A DNA stretch of 64,000 bases from Anaerolineae bacterium (GTDB taxonomy: Bacteria; Chloroflexota; Anaerolineae; CG2-30-64-16), in contig JAXGQB010000006.1 in assembly GCA_040766655.1 (NCBI GenBank), positions 149,562-213,561 of the forward strand, read 5' to 3'. The notes below the pieces were generated by a model that searched no databases, was not told the origin of the DNA, and saw nothing but the letters and a program-made list of their open reading frames with translations. Every line of letters starts with the position of its first letter. Positions within the stretch are counted from its first letter, which is position 1. Positions 55,329 through 63,386 of the stretch are shown piece by piece. The translations under genes were made by a program, and so were the position numbers.

Positions 55329-55661
55329 ATGGGTTGTGTTGGTCCTTTGGACTGTGCGCTCGAATGGCTGAATGAAGTGGATGAAAATTATGGATCAACG
55401 TCAAATGTGGGCCGGACCGATGAATTGCAGAATCCCTCTTGCGGGACTGACACGGTGGCAGAGAATCCACCACTCATCCTAATCTGGTGGCAGGACCGTG
55501 GGCACGCCGATGAATCCGATTACCACAAGGCGACCTTCGCTTCGCTTGAGGAGGCTGAGCTTGCACTCCAGATGGTTGAGCAGGACATAACGTGCAACGG
55601 GATCATCCCCTGTTGGCGGGAAGGCAGGGCGGACCCGCGGTGGGATTTCCTGCCATTTTAG
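55329..55661 (+). CDS. Hypothetical protein (110 aa)
   Basis: ATG at 55329 lies 5 nt after GGAGGG. The upstream part of track ORF 55170 is translation of the iteron array and was rejected. Confidence 0.5.
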   Translation: MGCVGPLDCALEWLNEVDENYGSTSNVGRTDELQNPSCGTDTVAENPPLILIWWQDRGHADESDYHKATFASLEEAELALQMVEQDITCNGIIPCWREGRADPRWDFLPF

Positions 55662-55694
55662 GCGGGCTGTGCCACAGTTTCGGCGGAGGAGGCA

Positions 55695-55943
55695 ATGACC
55701 ATCAGTCAGCGAACGCAGCGTGTTGTGGTGCTGTCTACCTCTTTGCCCTGCTGCGCGTTCGCCGCCTGGGGCTACTGCGATGAACCGGCAACCGAGGCTC
55801 TGGCGGAACTGCGCGTATTGGCGACAGGGCACGAGTGGATAATGAAGCCCTACTGCCCGAAGCATATGCGCGCGCATGAACCCAAGCGCAAACGCGCGCG
55901 GGCCGCGCGCACACCCGCGGCCCGCGGCACGGCGGGCGGCTGA
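55695..55943 (+). CDS. Small Cys-rich hypothetical protein with basic tail
   Basis: GGAGGAGG precedes the ATG. The tail is KRKRARAAR. Confidence 0.5.
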   Translation: MTISQRTQRVVVLSTSLPCCAFAAWGYCDEPATEALAELRVLATGHEWIMKPYCPKHMRAHEPKRKRARAARTPAARGTAGG

Positions 55944-56097
55944 TCATGCGCAAAGGTGCCGCCGGCTGTCCCTGCTGGACGAGGCGCGGGCTGGCCCTGA
56001 TTGAATGCCCCGTAGGGCTTCGTATCGGAGCACCGGAAACAGCGTTGGGCCAGGGCGCAATCGCTGACGCCCTACCTCACCCTGCCGAGGAATCGCG

Positions 56098-56628
56098 ATG
56101 ACAACTACACGATGCGCCTGGTCCGCCCCCGTCTCCAACTCCGAGGCGTATAGGCGGGCCGGCGGCCGGCGGCGCTACAATGCGATGCGCCGAGCCGCGG
56201 CATTGGTTCGGTCCCTGGAGGCCTTGGCCCTGCACCGTGCTGGTTGCTCCAAGGCCGATATCGCGAGCCGGCTGCTAGTTTCCAGATCAACGGTCCAGTG
56301 CTACTTTCGCCGCTGGACCGGCCCCCGCCAGCGCCTATGCCCGGTCTGCCGGCGGGTGTGGAGCCACGGGCCGGAACCCCTCGCCGCCTCACCTGTGGCA
56401 TGCGATCTGGATCACGGCCAACCGGACGGAGGACCGGCCGCCCGTATTGAGCTCGTGGTGCAACTGCTCCAGGCAGGCCACACTCAGGCCGAGGTCGCTC
56501 GGCGGTTGGGCGTATCGCCGGCGACGACCTGCCGCGACGTTCGCAGGTTATGGAACGAACTGATCGAGACGGGTTGCTGCCCGGTCTGTGGCGCAGCTAT
56601 TGGCGGTGCGGCTGAGCGCGCACGGTGA
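56098..56628 (+). CDS. Protein with two helix-turn-helix modules and CxxC pairs
   Basis: The HTH units are GCSKADIASRLLVSRSTVQCYFRRW and GHTQAEVARRLGVSPATTCRDVRRL. CPVC occurs twice. Confidence 0.6.
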   Translation: MTTTRCAWSAPVSNSEAYRRAGGRRRYNAMRRAAALVRSLEALALHRAGCSKADIASRLLVSRSTVQCYFRRWTGPRQRLCPVCRRVWSHGPEPLAASPVACDLDHGQPDGGPAARIELVVQLLQAGHTQAEVARRLGVSPATTCRDVRRLWNELIETGCCPVCGAAIGGAAERAR

Positions 56629-56787
56629 AACGGGGTGCGGACTTATTCCGCAGTGACCCCATGGGCTCCACTGCTGCACACTGAGCGCGGGAATGAAAAT
56701 GCGTACCTTGACGAGGCGAAGCACGAATCGCCGCTGATTTCCGGAAATCGTCCACGGTGTTTCGCGGCCTCCCACAAACTCGGTGAC

Positions 56788-56816
56788 TTGGCGAACTTAT
56801 CACGGTGTGATAGATT
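56788..56816 (+). promoter_or_regulatory. Candidate promoter with palindromic operator in the spacer
   Basis: TTGGCG (56788-93), 17 nt, then TAGATT (56811-16). The palindrome TATCACGGTGTGATA (56798-56812) overlaps the -10 box. Confidence 0.4.
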
Positions 56817-56923
56817 ACGCCTAGACGCAATCCTCAGTGTTCAGGGCCATGATGGATGGTCCGGCACACATCGGCGAGATCAAGCGCCTACACCGACGCA
56901 TCATCAACAGCATTTGATAGGAG

Positions 56924-58006
56924 ATGAGCACCGTGAGGCAGATATTCCTCTGTGTCCTGATCGTCACCCTGGCTGTGGGTTGTGCGGGCACGCCGACTGC
57001 CCAACCAGCAAATACGCCCGACGGTGCTGCCACGGAGACCGCCATCGCCCGCAACATCTATGCGACGCTGACGGCTGCCCCGACCGCAGCCCCTACCATG
57101 ACGGCTACGACAGCGCCTACGGCAACACAGGTGCCACCAAGGCCGGCTCCCACGGCTTCAGCTACAATGCCGCCGACCCCGACCCCCGAACCCCGGCCGA
57201 CTGACACGCCGACGCCAGAACCTTCACCTACATCGGTTGGTCCGGTAGCTGTGGTGCAGTCGGCATCCATTAACGTGCGGGCCGGCCCTGGCACCGGGCA
57301 CGCGGCCATCACCGCTGGCAGAAAGGGCGATCTACTCCCGGTAACTGGTCGCAACGCTGATGGCTCGTGGCTGGAGATCACTCTGCCCGATGGACGCAGC
57401 GGCTGGATCGCGGCGACTTTGGTCCAACTCAACGTTTCCACCGGCGAGGTGGCAGTGGCGAAGACTATTCCAACCCCACCGGTCGCCCCAACCTCTGCCC
57501 CCGGCGCGATTGCGAAACCCGCGGCCGGCCGGCGCGATCTTGAGGTGACCTTCCTCAACCCGCACTACGATTGCCAACAGACCGAATGGCAGTACACTGG
57601 CGACGACAACGAACACCATCCCCTATGGGGCTATCGGTCGTTTCAGGTTGACATGTACATCAAGAACAATTCCCAGACATCGATTGAGCCACCCTGGAGG
57701 CCGAAGCGCTGGATTATTACGGACGGCCAAAAAGATGTGATGAACGGCCTACGATGGCAATGGGTGAGCAGAAGCAGTGGGTTTTATCCGCAGCCGGCGA
57801 TCCAGCCAGGGCAAAGCGCGGGGTGGACCTTCCTCGCGTTTCCGATAGATCGCAATCAATGGGTCAAGGCGGTCGAGTTCGAGTGGAACGGACAGGTCTA
57901 CCGCCAAGACTTTGACTTGGGGCCATACGGTAACAACCACAACTACAGAGACTGCGGCGACCCTGCGCCGCACACCGACCGCCCTACACCGACGCCTCGG
58001 CCATAG
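56924..58006 (+). CDS. Lipoprotein with bacterial SH3 domain and C-terminal domain of unknown function
   Basis: Lipobox is LAVGCAG, followed by a PT-rich linker. The SH3_3-like segment is ASINVRAGPGTGHAAITAGRKGDLLPVTGRNADGSWLEITLPDGRSGWIA. Confidence 0.7.
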   Translation: MSTVRQIFLCVLIVTLAVGCAGTPTAQPANTPDGAATETAIARNIYATLTAAPTAAPTMTATTAPTATQVPPRPAPTASATMPPTPTPEPRPTDTPTPEPSPTSVGPVAVVQSASINVRAGPGTGHAAITAGRKGDLLPVTGRNADGSWLEITLPDGRSGWIAATLVQLNVSTGEVAVAKTIPTPPVAPTSAPGAIAKPAAGRRDLEVTFLNPHYDCQQTEWQYTGDDNEHHPLWGYRSFQVDMYIKNNSQTSIEPPWRPKRWIITDGQKDVMNGLRWQWVSRSSGFYPQPAIQPGQSAGWTFLAFPIDRNQWVKAVEFEWNGQVYRQDFDLGPYGNNHNYRDCGDPAPHTDRPTPTPRP

Positions 58007-58023
58007 TAGTCAAAGGTACAAAG

Positions 58024-59112
58024 ATGCAAACAGTTTTCAGTCACGTTGTCCAGAAGCGGCTCTCCCAGGAGAACGAGAATGTTGCGACCGAGGCGCTTTC
58101 TTTCGTCCTACAATCGCACGAGCTCGCTCACAACGGAATGATGAAGCTCCTGCGCGGAATCGACCCGCAGATGCCCCGTCTCTGGTTTCGCACCCAGCAG
58201 GCTGAGGGTAAGGGTCGCCCCGACATGCTGGGATGCGATGATGCCGGTGAGCCGCATCTCTTCATCGAGAACAAGTTTTGGGCCGGTTTGACAGAGAACC
58301 AGCCCGTGTCTTACCTTCGCAGACTGGTTGAGTGCCCTATGGCCACCATTCTGCTGGTCATCGGTCCTGAGGCTCGCCAGGAGATGCTGTGGCGCGAATT
58401 CCGCCGCAGACTCGCGGATGATGATATCTCGATCTCAGCAGACTCGATGAGCGGCATCTTTCGCGTCGCGACGACCAGCATCGGCCCGAAGCTCGTGCTG
58501 ACGTCCTGGCGGGTGCTGCTCGATGCCCTGGAGACCGAAGCCACTGATGACAAGGCTGCCAGGAGTGATCTTCTTCAGTTGCAGGCGCTGTGTGCAGCAG
58601 CGGACATCGAAGCGTTTCTCCCGATGTCCGCACAGGAAGCGACGGACCAACGCACGCCTGCCCTGATCCTGCAGTTGAGCAGCGTTGTGCAGGCTGTGGT
58701 TGACCGTGCTGTCAGCCAGGGCATTCTGAATCTCCGGGGAACCGCTCCTCAGGCTTCGGCGGAACGAATCGGTCGCTATGCCTACTTCGGGGCTGAGCGA
58801 CGGGCCGGCCTGTGGTTCGGAATCCACTTCGTGCTTTGGAAGACGCATGGCGTGACACCGCTTTGGATGGTCTTCTCGCCAAGTGAGTTCGGGCGTGCGC
58901 CTGAAGTACAGGCCATCCTCGAACCCTGGGCAGCACAACGGGGAGTCTTTGTGACCCGTTACGGGGACGGTCACTTCGTGGTTGCTCTCGACATCGAGTA
59001 CGGCGAGGACAAAGCTGGAGTCGTCGCAGGTATCGTGGCTCGGCTGGGGGAGATGGCGGTCCGGCTGGCCGTGTTGAAGCCTGGCCCCCAGGGAGAGATA
59101 AACAACGGGTGA
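58024..59112 (+). CDS. PD-(D/E)xK-nuclease-like protein (N-terminal domain) with unknown C-terminal domain
   Basis: ENVATEAL...GRPDMLGCDDAGEPHLFIENKFWA fits the E...PD...(D/E)xK arrangement. Confidence 0.55.
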   Translation: MQTVFSHVVQKRLSQENENVATEALSFVLQSHELAHNGMMKLLRGIDPQMPRLWFRTQQAEGKGRPDMLGCDDAGEPHLFIENKFWAGLTENQPVSYLRRLVECPMATILLVIGPEARQEMLWREFRRRLADDDISISADSMSGIFRVATTSIGPKLVLTSWRVLLDALETEATDDKAARSDLLQLQALCAAADIEAFLPMSAQEATDQRTPALILQLSSVVQAVVDRAVSQGILNLRGTAPQASAERIGRYAYFGAERRAGLWFGIHFVLWKTHGVTPLWMVFSPSEFGRAPEVQAILEPWAAQRGVFVTRYGDGHFVVALDIEYGEDKAGVVAGIVARLGEMAVRLAVLKPGPQGEINNG

Positions 59113-59626
59113 TTCGGCTGCATTCTCCGAAGTCCTGCGCGAGTTCATCACCAGACTGGCAAAGTAGTTGGGCAAGTGTGCTGTTGAGCGGCACGGTGAC
59201 GCATTCCCTTCTCAGCCAGCCTTGGTTCACAAGACAACATACCCTTGCCGGATTGGCCAACGTCGATGGCAACGAGATTTCTGGATCAGGGTGAACAACA
59301 TGTCGAAAATCCTCTTCGGTCTGCTGGAACTGATTCTGCGTCTGTTCGGCTGGAAGCGCCTGGACGTGAAGGACGTCGCGCGCGATCTGGGGATCGCGCG
59401 ACCTCCCACGAAGACCCCGCCAGGGGACCCAGACTAGCGCGTAACCCGCGGTCGTGATGGCGCGTCGCCGGCGCTGCCGCTGAGGTTGGTAATGGCTGCG
59501 CTGGTGGCCGGAGGCGTGACAACCGCCGATCCGCGCAGGGAGTTGGCGAGGTCACGTGTTTGCCCTCTGGGTCAGGGGTATTCCTGGTCAGAGAATTCGC
59601 GAATCGATTGGAGGGAGGACAGCATC

Positions 59627-61165
59627 ATGAAGAACATGGCCCTAGTCCTCGTTGTCGTGTTGATGGTCGCGGGTTGTCGCGGTGCGCCAGCACCAGACAC
59701 GCAGGCGACGGTGGACCGAGCGGTGCAAGCGACACTGACCGCCCGTGCCCCAGACAGCGTGCCTGCGCCGGCCACGGCACCTGCGCCCACCAATACGCCT
59801 GCGCCCTCTGTGGAACCGACAATTGCGCCAACGGCCACAGAACCCCCCGCTTCGCTGACCGATTCATCGAAGGAGGAGGCGCTTGACACTTACAAGTTGC
59901 TGGTCGCCATCCAGGCCGAGGTCAATCTGCTGGATGAGACGGCGCGCCGCGTTGCATCTGGTGAACTGGAGGGCACGGACAGTTTCTCGTCCGTGATGGC
60001 TGTAGCTCTGATAATTCAGGCCGTCGATGAGGGAATCGCCGAATACGCTCCCCCCGCCATAGTGAAGCCCTCCTGGGAGGCCGCGGTATCTATCCATCAG
60101 ACGACCCGCTCTCTAGTCACTAGCTGGTTCAACCAGGAAATCAACGCAGATGCAGTGATCTCAGAAATCGCGTCCCCACTGGCCGACATCGACGCGGTGC
60201 TCTCGGATGTGGACGACCTACTGGAAACCGTCTATGCACTAGATAGGGCCGAACTGGATGGACTTCGCGATGAACTGGTTAGAGGTATGAGGGACATCCT
60301 GAATACACCGACCCCGCCTCCCGACAGCGCAAGCGGCCCTGCGGAGGTGACTAGCGACGTCAGCTACACGGAGGGCGACTACCTCTACATCATCGGCGAG
60401 GTAGAGAACACCAGCAACACCCCCATGGAGTACGTCAAGCTCGTGGCTACGCTGTATGACGACAAGGACAGCGTCGTCGGGACTGAATCGACCTACACCA
60501 TTTTGGACGTGATTCCTCCAGGGGGCAGGTCGCCGTTTGAGATGATGACCAGCGACTGGGACGGCATGACCCGCTACAAGCTCCAGGTGCAGTCCTCTGA
60601 AGGCGACCTGCCGGAAACATTGGTCAGCGTGGTCAGCCACCGGCAGCGCATCGACGGCGATTACTACCACATCGTTGGTGAGGTCAAGAACGAAGGTGGA
60701 GCGCCAGTGGAGTATGTCAAGGTCATCGCCACCTTATACGACGAAGCTGACAAGGTGGTGGGCGTGACCTATTCGTATGCCATATTGGATGCAGTGCCTG
60801 CCGCCGGCAAATCGCCTTTTGAATTGACCACGGACCGCTGGGCAGGCGCGGTTCGCTACGAGATTCAGGCCCAGGCCAGTCCAGGGGAGTTGGGGCGGCA
60901 GGGCATCTCGGTTAAGAGTCACACGTCGAGCAGCAACGGCGACTACGTGTCCATCGTAGGCGAGGTCCAGAACAGCGGCGACACTGATGCGGAGTACGTG
61001 AAGGTGGTAGTCACATTCTATGACGGTGCCGGCGCAGTCGCCGGCGTGGCATATTCGTACACGGCACTGGATACGATTCCGGCCGGCGCAACGTCTCCAT
61101 TCGAGGTTATGACGCGACAGGATTCTAGCTTCGATCACTATGAAGTTCAGGTCCAGGGGCAGTAG
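59627..61165 (+). CDS. Lipoprotein with three tandem FxLYD-type domains
   Basis: ATG at 59627 lies after GGAGGGAGGA. Lipobox is MVAGC. There are three ~95-aa repeats of GDY..I(I/V)GEV.N....(M/V/A)EYVK(L/V)(V/I)(A/V)T(L/F)YD......G.....Y..LD.(I/V)P.G..SPFE. Confidence 0.8.
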   Translation: MKNMALVLVVVLMVAGCRGAPAPDTQATVDRAVQATLTARAPDSVPAPATAPAPTNTPAPSVEPTIAPTATEPPASLTDSSKEEALDTYKLLVAIQAEVNLLDETARRVASGELEGTDSFSSVMAVALIIQAVDEGIAEYAPPAIVKPSWEAAVSIHQTTRSLVTSWFNQEINADAVISEIASPLADIDAVLSDVDDLLETVYALDRAELDGLRDELVRGMRDILNTPTPPPDSASGPAEVTSDVSYTEGDYLYIIGEVENTSNTPMEYVKLVATLYDDKDSVVGTESTYTILDVIPPGGRSPFEMMTSDWDGMTRYKLQVQSSEGDLPETLVSVVSHRQRIDGDYYHIVGEVKNEGGAPVEYVKVIATLYDEADKVVGVTYSYAILDAVPAAGKSPFELTTDRWAGAVRYEIQAQASPGELGRQGISVKSHTSSSNGDYVSIVGEVQNSGDTDAEYVKVVVTFYDGAGAVAGVAYSYTALDTIPAGATSPFEVMTRQDSSFDHYEVQVQGQ

Positions 61166-61212
61166 TCAGGTCCAATGGAAGCGCCGTTGCCCCTTCAATC
61201 ACGGGAGGAACC

Positions 61213-61437
61213 ATGCCACGAGCAACTCATTGTCTCCTGAACGGTGATACCATGAGCGTTGATCTCGCTTTGACCCTGCGCGACCAAGCCCGTTCGCGCG
61301 GGGCACCAAGACCCGATTTCCGCTGTACGCTCTGTGGGGCCGAGGTCCGCCCGCATCGTGACGGCGGCCATACGACTGCGCATTTCGAGCACCTGGCGAG
61401 CAATCCGGAGTGTCCGCTCAGCGACCCGCCGAGATGA
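61213..61437 (+). CDS. Small zinc-finger-like protein (CoiA-N-terminal-like C..C...HFEH...C pattern)
   Basis: GGGAGGA precedes the ATG. The pattern is FRCTLCGAEVRPHRDGGHTTAHFEHLASNPECP. Confidence 0.5.
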   Translation: MPRATHCLLNGDTMSVDLALTLRDQARSRGAPRPDFRCTLCGAEVRPHRDGGHTTAHFEHLASNPECPLSDPPR

Positions 61438-61795
61438 GGATACCAACCGCAGTTGCTCTCGGTGATCAACATCTAGAACGAGCCGATTCGCAACAGGCAA
61501 TGTATGCGCTCGCGGACATTGCCATCCCTATGGTGACGTGCTAAACTTCGCACAATGCCGTGTTTTTACAACCTCCATCGGCGGTCAGGATTTAGCAGGA
61601 CACCACCACTTGCCTTAAGTTGCGAGTCGCACTTCTCGTCAACCACAAGCTAACCGACGTGAAGAAGCAGCGAATGACTCGCGCAGACGAACGCTTAGGG
61701 AACTGCTTCGGCGAGGGTCGGCAGACCGAGTCATTGTTCCTGCGCTCAGATGCAGGGACTACGCGCGACCATTCGTGAGAGGGAGCAGGAAGCTG

Positions 61796-62266
61796 ATGGC
61801 TGAGTACGAAGACTTCGAACGAGACTTCATCTCCCGCACACTACTTATCCTTGACCAATATGACCGCCAGGCAATACCAGAGAAGGAGCGATTTGAAGTC
61901 ACCCTCCTAATCAACTGCCTATTAGGCTTGCTCGTGCTGCCAAAGGAGTTTTGGTTCGACAAGGTTCCGCGGCTTGATCTCAGCACGTTGGCAGGTTGGA
62001 GCTTCGAGCCGAGGTACGTAATCGAGTGGGGAGACAGGCCCAAGACGCTTGCCAAGGAAGATCACGGAACGCTGCGCGAAATCGTCTACCGCATGCGAAA
62101 CGGAGTCGCTCATTTGCAGATCAAGGCTACAGGGGACGGGCACGACATCACGGCTATCGAGTTTGCGGACTGGAATGGTTTTCGAGCCACGCTTCCTGTG
62201 ACGAGTCTGGCGCTCTTTGTGCGGAAGCTCGCAACGGAGATGCTCAAAGCTGTGGGAACCAGATGA
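61796..62266 (+). CDS. HEPN-domain protein (Rx4H motif; resembles the pEK499_p136-type HEPN family)
   Basis: ATG at 61796 lies after GGGAGCAGGA. RMRNGVAH gives R-x4-H. LINCLLGLLVLPKE is a helix typical of that family as I recall it. Confidence 0.6.
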   Translation: MAEYEDFERDFISRTLLILDQYDRQAIPEKERFEVTLLINCLLGLLVLPKEFWFDKVPRLDLSTLAGWSFEPRYVIEWGDRPKTLAKEDHGTLREIVYRMRNGVAHLQIKATGDGHDITAIEFADWNGFRATLPVTSLALFVRKLATEMLKAVGTR

Positions 62267-63183
62267 TTCGAGCGTTTGACGAGGTAGTGAATTCTACGCC
62301 GGAGTCGCTATGGAAGTGGATTCACAGTGCGATGGCGGAGTATCCCGATCCACTTGTGGTTGAAAACGGCCCCAAGGAGATGTCGCTGCTCTTTCTCGGA
62401 GGACGTGACGTGCCCCCTGATGAGGAAGGCTCGCTGCATCTCTGTTACGAAGTGTTTGGAACCCTGCTCCATGTCTGGGAACGAGACCCGAAGAAGCCAG
62501 ACAAGGTCGTGGAGCGGCAATACCCAGGTGGCACCGAGATACTCACGTATCCTTCAAATATGGCTCAGGACGAAGGGTTGACGGTTGCGTGGTTTGAATT
62601 TCGGGAACTCTCACCAACGCGAGTACAGGTTATCTGCGATTACGTTGACTATCCTGGCTTGCTTGATCGTCTAAATCAGGTGCGGGCTAAGATGGTCGAG
62701 CTAATGAGTGACCAAGCACCGCCGAGGCTAGATGCCACACAGGAAATCCTGCAATTCAGGTCACTCGTCGAAAGGCAGTTGCACCGCGATATCTTCGTTG
62801 CGGGTCAGCCGCAGGAAAGTATCGCGCGGGGGCTTTTGCAGGCGTTCCTGCGAAGCCGTAGCTATCGCGAGGTTGAGGTCCGCGGGGGCCAGTCGGACCT
62901 TCTTGTTTTCACTCGCGAGCAACGATACTTATACGAGACCAAGATTTGGCGCGGCGAGGACTATTACCGACAGGGACTGAGGGAAATTGAGGAGTACATT
63001 ATCGGCGAAGACGACGATGGCGCTCTCCCGTCTGTGTTTTACATTGTGTTCGACCCCACAACAACGCGACGCGCGGAGGCAATCATCGGGAGTGCAGTTG
63101 AAGTCAGTGAGATTGCAGGCAGACCAGTTACGAGCGTTGTCGTGCACATCCGACCGCCACGTCCCAGTAAGAAGATTGCATGA
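62263..63183 (+). CDS. Protein with C-terminal PD-(D/E)xK nuclease-like core
   Basis: An ATGA start/stop overlap links it to the HEPN gene. ESIARGLLQAFL...GGQSDLLVF...YLYETKIW fits E...D...ExK. The track start at 61996 lies inside the HEPN gene and was rejected. Confidence 0.6.
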   Translation: MIRAFDEVVNSTPESLWKWIHSAMAEYPDPLVVENGPKEMSLLFLGGRDVPPDEEGSLHLCYEVFGTLLHVWERDPKKPDKVVERQYPGGTEILTYPSNMAQDEGLTVAWFEFRELSPTRVQVICDYVDYPGLLDRLNQVRAKMVELMSDQAPPRLDATQEILQFRSLVERQLHRDIFVAGQPQESIARGLLQAFLRSRSYREVEVRGGQSDLLVFTREQRYLYETKIWRGEDYYRQGLREIEEYIIGEDDDGALPSVFYIVFDPTTTRRAEAIIGSAVEVSEIAGRPVTSVVVHIRPPRPSKKIA

Positions 63184-63386
63184 AGACTGGCTAGCTTGGT
63201 GGAAGCGACGTCGCGTGTTCTTGTCACCCGACCTTCCCATCTAGGTTCTGGCAACTGCGGAACCGGTGAAAGTGAAAGATCGTGATTGACGATAGTCCGA
63301 CTACGAGATGGGTAACACACAAACCCACGATGGCCCCCAAACCAACGTACTTCGGACACTCCACGCGCTGCTGAGGAGGTTTTACC

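Noticed and set aside
61664-61735. Interleaved inverted repeats (gaagcag/ctgcttc and aatgactcg/cgagtcatt) in the ~360-nt gap upstream of the HEPN gene, suggesting a pseudoknotted leader or small RNA
   Set aside because: The stems are only 7 and 9 bp in a long, moderately AT-rich spacer. This is plausible by chance, and it cannot be assessed without covariation or transcript data.
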